Source: a virus
Virus record (IMG/VR): IMGVR_UViG_3300045988_106519
Coordinates: 1 to 64,000 of that record
Length of the DNA stretch: 64,000 nt
Reading direction: 5' to 3' (one strand)
Shown piece after piece: positions 54,634 through 62,583 of the stretch. The notes beneath the pieces are model-generated. The model did not search any database and had not been told where the DNA came from. It was given only the letters and a program-made list of their open reading frames with translations. The translations under genes and the position numbers were made by a program. Position 1 is the first letter of the stretch. Every line of letters begins with the position of its first letter.

Positions 54634-54681
54634 GTAGTATTCTATTTGCTTTTTTATTATTTTTTAATTGTTAGGTTGGTT

Positions 54682-54717
54682 CTCCCCCTGTCAGCGGACA
54701 GAGGGAGTTTTTGTTTT
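54682..54717. terminator. Strong hairpin plus T-run between convergent genes
   Basis: CTCCCCCTGTC-AGCG-GACAGAGGGAG-TTTTTGTTTT. Confidence 0.7.
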
Positions 54718-54725
54718 ATCAAAGT

Positions 54726-55910
54726 CTATTTGGATTTATGATAGATAAGCTTCTCTATATAAGCAATAACCTTTTCATTGGCTTTATTGATATTGGTATA
54801 ATCCTTTTGTATATAGATGTCAGTAATACTCATATCTGATACATGGTTCAATGCTTCATGTATAGTATACTTATCTATACCAAGCCTGTTTCTTGCTATT
54901 GATGCCCAAGTATGTCTGGCAGAATAGAAATCAAAATGAGGAATACTCAAGGTGTCTGCAATTATATACAGTCCTTTATTTATATGTTTGTTGAAATTAG
55001 CTGCATTGCTATACTTCTTATAGAAGTTAAACACTCTTGAGTCTCCTTTATATTTATCAAAAAGAGGTTTTATTATATTAGGTACTGCTATTTCAATATG
55101 TGCATTATCTATTCTTCTATCTCTTGTCTTTGCTCTGTCATAAGCAAGTACACCATTACTATATGATGTACATTCATATAGATCAACAGAGTTCATACCT
55201 ATAAGACAGAATGATAAAATATAGCAATCCCTTGCCATTCCAACTCTTCTTGTTCCATGAAAGTTAAATAGTTTAATTAGGTTATCAACACTGATAATTC
55301 TATTCTTTGTCATTGATACACTCTTAGGAATGATAAAGCTATTAAATGGATTATTGGTTATTACCTTGTTATCATCCATATTATATTCTCTTATAGCCTC
55401 ATTGAATATATGACGCATACAACCTAAGTATAAAGACTGTGCTCTTGGATGTCCAGTAAGATAATCTTTATAGTTGTTGAGAAGATTATAATTAATATCA
55501 GAGAATAAAAGTGTGTCACTTTTTAGAAATCTGTATAAAGAATTAAGCATAATAGAGTAGTTGCCTTTTCCTTTATTATTTGATTTCTCAACCCACTTTC
55601 TTGTATATTCAAAAAAGTCCAGTGTCTTGACATTACCTGTTAATTGAGAATATATCCATTCAATATCAGCATCTTTATTTCCCAAGCTAGTCTCTATTTC
55701 ATATAACCTATTCTTTAAAGTATTTATAGTGTCTTCAATATTTCTTTTAAGACTATCAGACTTTATCTTTCCTTGTTTTGTTAGGTCACACTCCTTTATA
55801 ACAATATTTGTATGGATTCTCTTTCTTATTCCTTTATGAGATAGTGTTATTGAAACTTTCCTTGTCTTATCTTTTTTAGGTTCTTCTATTTTATATGTGA
55901 TTGTAGCCAT
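54726..55910 (-). CDS. int: Tyrosine recombinase / phage integrase (Bacteroidota type)
   Basis: 394 aa. C-terminal catalytic region with SARHTWASIA (H-x-x-R) and ITDIYIQ (Tyr). Adjacent to a tRNA-derived sequence. Confidence 0.8.
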   Translation of the reverse strand: MATITYKIEEPKKDKTRKVSITLSHKGIRKRIHTNIVIKECDLTKQGKIKSDSLKRNIEDTINTLKNRLYEIETSLGNKDADIEWIYSQLTGNVKTLDFFEYTRKWVEKSNNKGKGNYSIMLNSLYRFLKSDTLLFSDINYNLLNNYKDYLTGHPRAQSLYLGCMRHIFNEAIREYNMDDNKVITNNPFNSFIIPKSVSMTKNRIISVDNLIKLFNFHGTRRVGMARDCYILSFCLIGMNSVDLYECTSYSNGVLAYDRAKTRDRRIDNAHIEIAVPNIIKPLFDKYKGDSRVFNFYKKYSNAANFNKHINKGLYIIADTLSIPHFDFYSARHTWASIARNRLGIDKYTIHEALNHVSDMSITDIYIQKDYTNINKANEKVIAYIEKLIYHKSK

Positions 55911-55949
55911 AGCAATGTTAACTTATGATTGTCGTTTTATGTCATTAAC

Positions 55950-55986
55950 TGCAATAATTTATATCTATTGAATTAATTCTGCAATA
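55950..55986 (-). repeat. Two TATTGCA motifs (minus orientation) left of the attP core
   Basis: tgcaata at 55950-55956 and 55980-55986. Confidence 0.4.
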
Positions 55987-56017
55987 TTTTCATCCTTTAA
56001 ATACTATAACTCTCTCT

Positions 56018-56092
56018 GTTTCAATAGCTCAGTTGGATTAGAGCAACAGCCTTCTAAGCTGTGGGTCTTGGGTTCGAACCCCAACGGAATCA
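56018..56092 (+). tRNA. tRNA-Arg(TCT)-derived sequence lacking a pairing 5' acceptor strand; probable attP core
   Basis: TA-GCTC-AGTTGGATTA-GAGC-A-ACAGC-CTTCTAA-GCTGT-GGGTC-TTGGG-TTCGAAC-CCCAA-CGGAATC-A folds well. The 7 nt in the 5' acceptor position (GTTTCAA) pair at only 4 of 7 positions with CGGAATC. Confidence 0.5.
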
Positions 56093-56121
56093 CAACGAAA
56101 AAATGCTTCAAATTTGATTGT

Positions 56122-56165
56122 ATCGCTAATAGCTTATTTATCAAGCTGTTAGCGATATTTTTTTA
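56122..56165 (+). terminator. Hairpin plus T-run after the tRNA-derived sequence
   Basis: ATCGCTAATAGC-(11 nt)-GCTGTTAGCGAT-ATTTTTTTA. Confidence 0.6.
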
Positions 56166-56246
56166 TTGTATTATATACTAATGTCTATAATTTCTTTTGC
56201 TTATTGAAATTTCTTTGTTATGTATTTAAAGATATGTAATGGGAAG

Positions 56247-56275
56247 TATTGCAACATTATTGCAATAAAATTGCA
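56247..56275 (+). repeat. Three (T/A)ATTGCA motifs spaced exactly 11 bp, right of the attP core
   Basis: Motifs at 56247-56253, 56258-56264 and 56269-56275. Confidence 0.5.
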
Positions 56276-56554
56276 ATTATTAATTTAAATAATTGGTAGG
56301 AGTAATTGTACTTCTAAAAATAATAGAAGGCAATGTAAATGTAGAGAAGACTTAACATAGTAAATGTAAATTAATATGATGTAATACGTAAATTCATTAT
56401 TTGAGTTTGTGTGAGTGAATTAATGTATACAAAGGTATATATTATTTGAATAATGTAAGTATAAGTAAATAAGACAAATTAAAATATCTCATTTAAAGTT
56501 TGTTAATATGAAAAGTATTAACAGATTTACTATGCCAATTTAAGAGAAAAATTG

Positions 56555-56562
56555 TATATTTG
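56555..56562 (+). promoter_or_regulatory. -7 box TATATTTG with extended TTTGCAGTACTTAAA; promoter of the packaging/head operon
   Basis: TGTATATTTGCAGTACTTAAACC about 90 nt upstream of 56651. Same extended element as at 53982. Confidence 0.45.
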
Positions 56563-56650
56563 CAGTACTTAAACCAACAATTATAAATAACTATAAAATA
56601 GTGTGTTATGAAAGTTGGTTAAAGTAAAACTTTAAGTAAAATCAAATGTT

Positions 56651-56866
56651 ATGGTGGCAATAAAAAAGACAAGAAGCAGGGATGAACTGAGGTGGCAGGC
56701 TGAGAGTGATGCTCAAACAATGGCAACCTATCAAGAAATACTTAGTGATAAGGCAAGAATGAATAGGGCTATTAAGGTAGCAAAATCTCAGGCAGCAGAT
56801 CTTACAAAGAGAGTTAATGCTCTACAGAGTGTATCAAGGACAAAATCATCATCTAAAAGAAAGTAG
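56651..56866 (+). CDS. hypothetical basic protein (71 aa)
   Basis: ORF track; first gene of the plus-strand operon. Confidence 0.5.
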   Translation: MVAIKKTRSRDELRWQAESDAQTMATYQEILSDKARMNRAIKVAKSQAADLTKRVNALQSVSRTKSSSKRK

Positions 56867-56869
56867 ATT

Positions 56870-57058
56870 ATGTGTGAGCAAGAAGGCAAAACTGTACAGA
56901 AAATACAGATGGACTATATACAAGCATCTTCATTAAGAGAGCTTTTGAATAAAGTCAATAGTTATAACAGTGATTATCCTGAATGTGCAATACTGAAGGA
57001 AGATATAGTTGAAATCCTCAAGGAAGAAGAGACATTCATTATGCTTTATTATAGATAA
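56870..57058 (+). CDS. hypothetical protein (62 aa)
   Basis: ORF track. Confidence 0.45.
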   Translation: MCEQEGKTVQKIQMDYIQASSLRELLNKVNSYNSDYPECAILKEDIVEILKEEETFIMLYYR

Positions 57059-57102
57059 TGTAGTATATATAATAATGTGTAACTATCTAATCAGATATAA
57101 GT

Positions 57103-57537
57103 ATGGCAAAGCAAGAGAGTATAAATGAGATGGAACTTGACACAGTGGACTTCTGTTCAAAGTGTTATTCCCTAAAAATAAAGTATGAGGATTCCATTGG
57201 TATGGATTGCTGTGAGGACTGTGGCTGTACTGATTTCAAGACAGCATCTTTTGATGAATGGGAAAAACTGTATAAAGAAAGATACGGTCATAAATATGTA
57301 GAAGAAGTTGGGGACATTAGGAAGTCACCTATATTTCAGATGTCAAATGATAAACTGAAGATAAAGGTTTCTAATGATCCATCATGGAGGGAGATATGCA
57401 GAGCCATGTATCCTGCATTTCCAAATTGGCTCAGTAAGGCAGACTCTATTATACTATTGTTTGCAAAGTTGTATCAAGAAAACAGATTGGATGATTTAAG
57501 AATGGAGCTTATAAACAGAAGTAATAACAAACACTAA
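57103..57537 (+). CDS. hypothetical zinc-ribbon protein (144 aa)
   Basis: CSKC ... CCEDCGC. Confidence 0.5.
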   Translation: MAKQESINEMELDTVDFCSKCYSLKIKYEDSIGMDCCEDCGCTDFKTASFDEWEKLYKERYGHKYVEEVGDIRKSPIFQMSNDKLKIKVSNDPSWREICRAMYPAFPNWLSKADSIILLFAKLYQENRLDDLRMELINRSNNKH

Positions 57538-57551
57538 AGGAGGAGAATAAA

Positions 57552-57815
57552 ATGGAAGAGCAGAAGAAACTTACATATGAGCAACTTAATGATGCCTGTA
57601 ATCAGTTATGGCAACAGAACAAGCAGCTTGTAAAGAGAAATAAGGAATTGGAACAGTTTGTTATGAACAAGAGACTTGATTATCTCTTTAAAGTGCTTGA
57701 ATGTAGTAAGGAATTTTCAAGTGATTTTATTGGAAACTGTGCAAGTGAAATTGAGGAAGCAATGACTATTCCTCAAGACATGGAATATAACAGCAAGGAG
57801 GAGAGACATGAATAA
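57552..57815 (+). CDS. hypothetical coiled-coil protein (87 aa)
   Basis: ORF track; AGGAGGAG upstream. Confidence 0.5.
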   Translation: MEEQKKLTYEQLNDACNQLWQQNKQLVKRNKELEQFVMNKRLDYLFKVLECSKEFSSDFIGNCASEIEEAMTIPQDMEYNSKEERHE

Positions 57816-58230
57816 TACTGTTAATAAGCAAGGTCTACCAAAGCCAAACAATATAGTGACTATCTCCACTTCTCCAGGTATTGAGTTCTTTAAATGGTGG
57901 TGTATATTCCTCAGACCATTTATAAATCTCACAAATAGAGAGATAGATGTTATAGCCAGCTTCTTAAAGCAAAGATGGGAGTTGTCAAAAAGTATAAGCG
58001 ACCCTACTATTCTTGACAGTATGGTTATGAGTGAAACAATCAAAGGCAAGGTGATAGAGGAATGTCAAATGACACAGCAACACTTCTATGTGGTAATGAG
58101 TAATCTGAGAAAGAACAATATTATAGTAAATAATATCCTTAACCCCAGACTTGTACCAAATATAAGAAAGGATGATAATGGATGTTTTCAGCTACTTATA
58201 CTGTTCAAGGAAAACAAGAAGGCTGTATGA
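57808..58230 (+). CDS. hypothetical protein, possible HTH/DNA-binding (small-terminase position)
   Basis: MTQQHFYVVMSNLRKNNII looks like a recognition-helix region. The call rests on position only. Confidence 0.35.
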   Translation: MNNTVNKQGLPKPNNIVTISTSPGIEFFKWWCIFLRPFINLTNREIDVIASFLKQRWELSKSISDPTILDSMVMSETIKGKVIEECQMTQQHFYVVMSNLRKNNIIVNNILNPRLVPNIRKDDNGCFQLLILFKENKKAV

Positions 58231-58517
58231 CCTATGATGAGATTGTGATTGAAGTATCCAAGAGATTAGGACTCAGTAAAGAATTAGTCAATAAGACTTA
58301 TAAAGCTTATTGGAAATCTGTCAAGGAACACATAGCTTCTTTACCTCTGAAGAAAGATTTGTCAGATGAGGAGTTTATGAAGTTACAACCAAATGTGAAT
58401 ATACCTTCACTTGGTAAGTTCTGTGTCACCCTTGACAGATATAAAGTAATGACTAAAGCATTTAGAAACAAAACAAAAATAAAGGAGAAACAAGATGTTA
58501 CATGTAACAAAGATTAA
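58227..58517 (+). CDS. HU/IHF-like DNA-binding protein
   Basis: MTYDEIVIEVSKRLGLSKELVNKTYKAYWKSVKEHI ... IPSLGKFCV follows the HU helix-helix-beta-arm layout. Start moved to the ATG at 58227 (ATGA overlap). Confidence 0.45.
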   Translation: MTYDEIVIEVSKRLGLSKELVNKTYKAYWKSVKEHIASLPLKKDLSDEEFMKLQPNVNIPSLGKFCVTLDRYKVMTKAFRNKTKIKEKQDVTCNKD

Positions 58518-58908
58518 ACCACTTTTTGACCACTTGCTTATTACAGCAGATAGATTTGAAAAGGATATGGTACATAATGGAGTTATCTTGGCAAACAAGG
58601 GAGACTTGAAATTATGGCAGACTGTAGTGGCTGTTGGTTCAGTAGTAAGGGACATCAAGGTAGGAGACAAGGTGATGATTAATTCAAATGATTTTGCTGT
58701 AAAGAAGTATAACAAGAACTCTGTGCAAAATGACTTGGACAACAATCCAGTACTGACATATAACTTCCCATTTGAGACTGTTGATGATGAAAAGGGAAAT
58801 CCAAAAGATTATCTCTATATCTCAGACAGGAATGTAAAATATGTGTTTGAGGGTATAGAGAAAGATGAATCACTGATATTGCCAGGAAAACCAAAGTTGA
58901 TAATATAA
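58495..58908 (+). CDS. GroES/Gp31-like co-chaperonin
   Basis: IKPLFDHLLITADRFEKDMVHNGVILA...WQTVVAVGSVVRDIKVGDKVMIN parallels GroES (RPLHDRVIV...GGIVL...GEVLAVG...VKVGDIVIF). Confidence 0.6.
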   Translation: MLHVTKIKPLFDHLLITADRFEKDMVHNGVILANKGDLKLWQTVVAVGSVVRDIKVGDKVMINSNDFAVKKYNKNSVQNDLDNNPVLTYNFPFETVDDEKGNPKDYLYISDRNVKYVFEGIEKDESLILPGKPKLII

Positions 58909-58972
58909 GAGTAGAAGTTTGCAATAGCCTAAGTTTTAATCGATTTAGGCTTTTTTAGTTATAGAAAGAAGT

Positions 58973-61228
58973 ATGGAGAACATAAGATTTAACAAGTGTC
59001 AGACACCTTTGGAAGATTTGCATTTAGAGAAATATCCAAAAGAAGTGCAAGAGCAGTGGTGGGACACAATAAATAATGTACCTTTTATTAAATGGATGGT
59101 GTCTGAGGACAGACCATTGGTTTCAGAATTGCCAAGAGATAAGGAAGGCAAGGCAATAATAGACATAACACATCCACCTATTCTTGAGGGAAGTGATTAT
59201 TTCAGACCATCAGCATTGGCATATAAGAAGAACAAAGGAAGATATACAACTCTTAGACCAAATGCTAATCCAAACAGTGACTTTGGCAAGTGGTTGTATG
59301 AAGAGAGGAAGAGAGGATGGAATGGTTACTGCAATCCAAAGACAGGAATGTGGGTGACAGGAGATTACTACTGGATGCTTAACTTCTGCCCAATGCACCT
59401 TGTAGAGAAAAATAGTAATGGAGTAGCAATAAGAACAGTAGCTCATCCAAGGTTTTGGGATGGTCAGTTTCTTATGTCCCATTACCTTAACCAAGGCAGA
59501 ATACATGGACATCATGCTTCAACATTAGCTTCACGAGGAAGAGGAAAGACATCATTTGGTGCAGGACTGCTTTCAAGAAGATGTATAATAGGGGAGTCAG
59601 AGGAAAACTCAAAAGAAGTGCAGTGTATGGTAACAGCGGTGGATAGGACAAAACTGATGGATACTAATATGATACTAAAGGTATTTAAGGATAATCTTGA
59701 TCATTGTGCAAAGTACACACAGTTTGCTTCACACAGACTGAAATCCTCAGACCAAGAGATGGAATGGAAGATGGGATATAAGAAGGCAGGAAGTGAAATA
59801 GAATATGGAAGTAAGAACTCAGTATCAGGAATTATCTCAGGAGTAAATCAGGATAAATTGAATGGTTCACGTGGAGTGTTGTATCTTATTGAAGAGGCAG
59901 GTATTTTTAAGAATCTCCTTAGCATGTATAATATGATTAGACCTTCAGTAGAACAAGGCAATGATGTATTTGGAGAGATATTCTGTTATGGTACAGCAGG
60001 AGATGACCAAAGTGATTTCACTTCATTTGCAGAGATGTTCTATTCTCCAATAGGTTATAACATGGAAGCACTTGACAATGTGTATGATAAGGAAGGTCAG
60101 GGAAGAAAACAATGCTGTTTCTTTTATGGAGCCTATATGAATTATGCAGATGATTGTATAGATGAAGATGGTAATTCAGATATTACAAAGTCATTATTGC
60201 TTATATTGTATGACAGATACAAGACAAAATATGGTTCTATAGATGTGAATACCATTACAAAACGTATATCACAGTATCCTATAGTGCCACAGGAAGCTAT
60301 GATAAGAAGTCATAGTAATGTGTTTCCAGTAACAGAACTTAATGAGAGACTTAATCAGATAGACAATAATCCAGATGAATATGCAGACACTTATGTGGGA
60401 AAGCTTGTGCAGGATAATAAGACAGGAGAAGTGAAGTTTAATCCTACTGTAGATATTCCGATAAGAGATTTTCCTACCAAAGATAACAAAGTGACTGGAG
60501 CTATTGAAATATTTGAGATGCCAAAGAAAGGTAGTGATGGTAAGGTACCCTTTGGCAGGTATATATGTTCTTGTGACCCTTATGACAGTGATGTTTCAAA
60601 TACAATGTCATTAGGTTCTATCTTTATATTGGACTTATGGACAGACATGTTAGTAGCAGAATATACTGGAAGACCGCCCTTTGCAGAAGACTTCTATGAA
60701 ATATGTAGGTTGATATGTTTGTTTTATAATTGTAGGTGTATGTATGAGCAGAATATTATGGGAATGTTTTCATACTTTAGTTCACATAATTCAACACATC
60801 TATTAGCAGAAACACCAGAATATCTTGTGCAGAGAAATATGATAGGAGGTATAGGATATGGTAATAAGGCAGTAGGAATTAGAGCTACCACACCTATTAT
60901 AAATGGTGCTTTCAAGATGATACAGACATGGTTGAGGAAACCAGTAATAATTATAAAGACAGATGCAGAAGGAAACAATATAGAAGTGACAATACCAAAT
61001 CTCTATAGGATAAAGAATAGAGCATTGCTGAAAGAACTTGTGCTATGGAATCCACAGGGAAACTTTGATAGAGTGATGAGCCTTGTGCAGTTGATGTTAT
61101 ATAGAGAAGAGAAACTTGTGCTTGGTCACGGTGACTTGAGGAGTTCAGAGACAGTTAGCAGTGGAATGGAGAATGATGATTATTGGGAGAAGAACTATCC
61201 AGGAAAAAAGAAAGTAATGGTGTGGTAA
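58973..61228 (+). CDS. terL: Terminase large subunit
   Basis: 751 aa. Walker A LASRGRGKTS, Walker B VLYLIEEAG, and a nuclease-domain aspartate cluster CSCDPYDSD. Confidence 0.8.
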   Translation: MENIRFNKCQTPLEDLHLEKYPKEVQEQWWDTINNVPFIKWMVSEDRPLVSELPRDKEGKAIIDITHPPILEGSDYFRPSALAYKKNKGRYTTLRPNANPNSDFGKWLYEERKRGWNGYCNPKTGMWVTGDYYWMLNFCPMHLVEKNSNGVAIRTVAHPRFWDGQFLMSHYLNQGRIHGHHASTLASRGRGKTSFGAGLLSRRCIIGESEENSKEVQCMVTAVDRTKLMDTNMILKVFKDNLDHCAKYTQFASHRLKSSDQEMEWKMGYKKAGSEIEYGSKNSVSGIISGVNQDKLNGSRGVLYLIEEAGIFKNLLSMYNMIRPSVEQGNDVFGEIFCYGTAGDDQSDFTSFAEMFYSPIGYNMEALDNVYDKEGQGRKQCCFFYGAYMNYADDCIDEDGNSDITKSLLLILYDRYKTKYGSIDVNTITKRISQYPIVPQEAMIRSHSNVFPVTELNERLNQIDNNPDEYADTYVGKLVQDNKTGEVKFNPTVDIPIRDFPTKDNKVTGAIEIFEMPKKGSDGKVPFGRYICSCDPYDSDVSNTMSLGSIFILDLWTDMLVAEYTGRPPFAEDFYEICRLICLFYNCRCMYEQNIMGMFSYFSSHNSTHLLAETPEYLVQRNMIGGIGYGNKAVGIRATTPIINGAFKMIQTWLRKPVIIIKTDAEGNNIEVTIPNLYRIKNRALLKELVLWNPQGNFDRVMSLVQLMLYREEKLVLGHGDLRSSETVSSGMENDDYWEKNYPGKKKVMVW

Positions 61229-61352
61229 AGTAACGAGTTGTATAAGAGGATTTTTTATGAAGGCTTAGAGAAAAAATAAGGAATAATATTAAGCATTGAT
61301 GTTTTTGTACTTTTGTGGAAAAGAAGAATGTAGAACTAAAGAGAAGAAAAGT

Positions 61353-62540
61353 ATGGAAGCATTAAGTTTTGACAATATTTTGGGTGAGAATGAGATTGAT
61401 ACCCTATTCACAGACCCAGAAGATACTACTGCTCAAGAAGAGCAAGACAACTCAGAAGAAGAGAATAATGATAATCCTCTTGATTCTGATAAGGAAAAGA
61501 ATGAGAAAGAAACTACTGAGGTTGTTGACCCTGAGACCATGTTTGAAGAAGAGACACCAGAGAGCGTAAGTAGTGGAAAAGATAAAGAAGGTAAGGAAGA
61601 TACTGTCACTGACGGGGAAGCAGATGGCACTTCTCCAAACAATAACTTCTACTCTTCCATTGCCAACGCCTTGGCTGTGGATGGTATCTTTCCTAACCTT
61701 GATGATGAGACAGTGAAGAAGGCAGTTGATGCTGAGTCTTTCAGTGATTTGATAGAAGCAGAAATCAATGCTAGGTTTGATGAAAAACAACAAAGGATTT
61801 CAAAGGCTCTTGAGAATGGAGTAGAGCCAACTGATATTAGGAAGTATGAGAGTACCCTTGACTACATCAACAAGATAACAGATGCAGCTATTGCTGAAGA
61901 GAGTGAGAAGGGAGAGCAATTGAGGTATAATCTTATCTATCAAGACTTCTTGAATAAAGGAATGTCAGCAGACAAGGCAAAGAAGTACACAGATAGAACT
62001 ATTAATGCAGGAACAGATGTTGAAGATGCTAAGGAAGCCTTGCTAAGTAACAAGGAATACTTTAGTAATGAGTACAACAAACTACTTCAAGAGGCACAGC
62101 AGCAAGCAGATGAGGAAAAAGCAGATAGAGCAAAGCAGGCAAAGCAGTTGCAGACATCTCTTTTGAAAGACAAGAATCTGTTTGGTAATATGGAAATCAG
62201 CAATGATATTAGGAAGAAAGCCTTTGAAACAATATCCAAACCAGTGTATAAAGACCCAGAGACAGGAGATTATTTAACAGCTCTTCAGAAGTATGAGATG
62301 GAGCATAAAGCAGATCTTCTTAAATACACAGGTCTCATCTTTGCAATGACCAATGGCTTCAAGGACTTTGATTCCTTTGCCAAAGGTAAGGTTAAGAAAG
62401 AAATGAAAAAAGGTCTTAGAGATTTAGAGAAAACCCTGAACAACACATCAAGGTCGAAGGATGGTAACCTAAGAATGATAACCAATCAGAGGGAAGATCC
62501 AGACTCCTTTATTAGTAAGGGGATGAAGCTTGATTTGTAA
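61353..62540 (+). CDS. Acidic coiled-coil protein, scaffold-like
   Basis: Start moved to the ATG at 61353 (MEALSF). Asp/Glu-rich N-terminus and long Lys/Glu helices. Lies between terL and the capsid candidate. Confidence 0.4.
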   Translation: MEALSFDNILGENEIDTLFTDPEDTTAQEEQDNSEEENNDNPLDSDKEKNEKETTEVVDPETMFEEETPESVSSGKDKEGKEDTVTDGEADGTSPNNNFYSSIANALAVDGIFPNLDDETVKKAVDAESFSDLIEAEINARFDEKQQRISKALENGVEPTDIRKYESTLDYINKITDAAIAEESEKGEQLRYNLIYQDFLNKGMSADKAKKYTDRTINAGTDVEDAKEALLSNKEYFSNEYNKLLQEAQQQADEEKADRAKQAKQLQTSLLKDKNLFGNMEISNDIRKKAFETISKPVYKDPETGDYLTALQKYEMEHKADLLKYTGLIFAMTNGFKDFDSFAKGKVKKEMKKGLRDLEKTLNNTSRSKDGNLRMITNQREDPDSFISKGMKLDL

Positions 62541-62583
62541 GACCATGAAAAACAAATTTATAAATGCTTAATGTAAATAAAAA

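Noticed and set aside
56018-56092. Calling this a functional phage tRNA-Arg(TCT).
   Set aside because: Only 4 of 7 acceptor-stem pairs form. The position next to the integrase fits an attP core carrying the 3' part of a host tRNA. It is kept as a tRNA-derived feature with reduced confidence.
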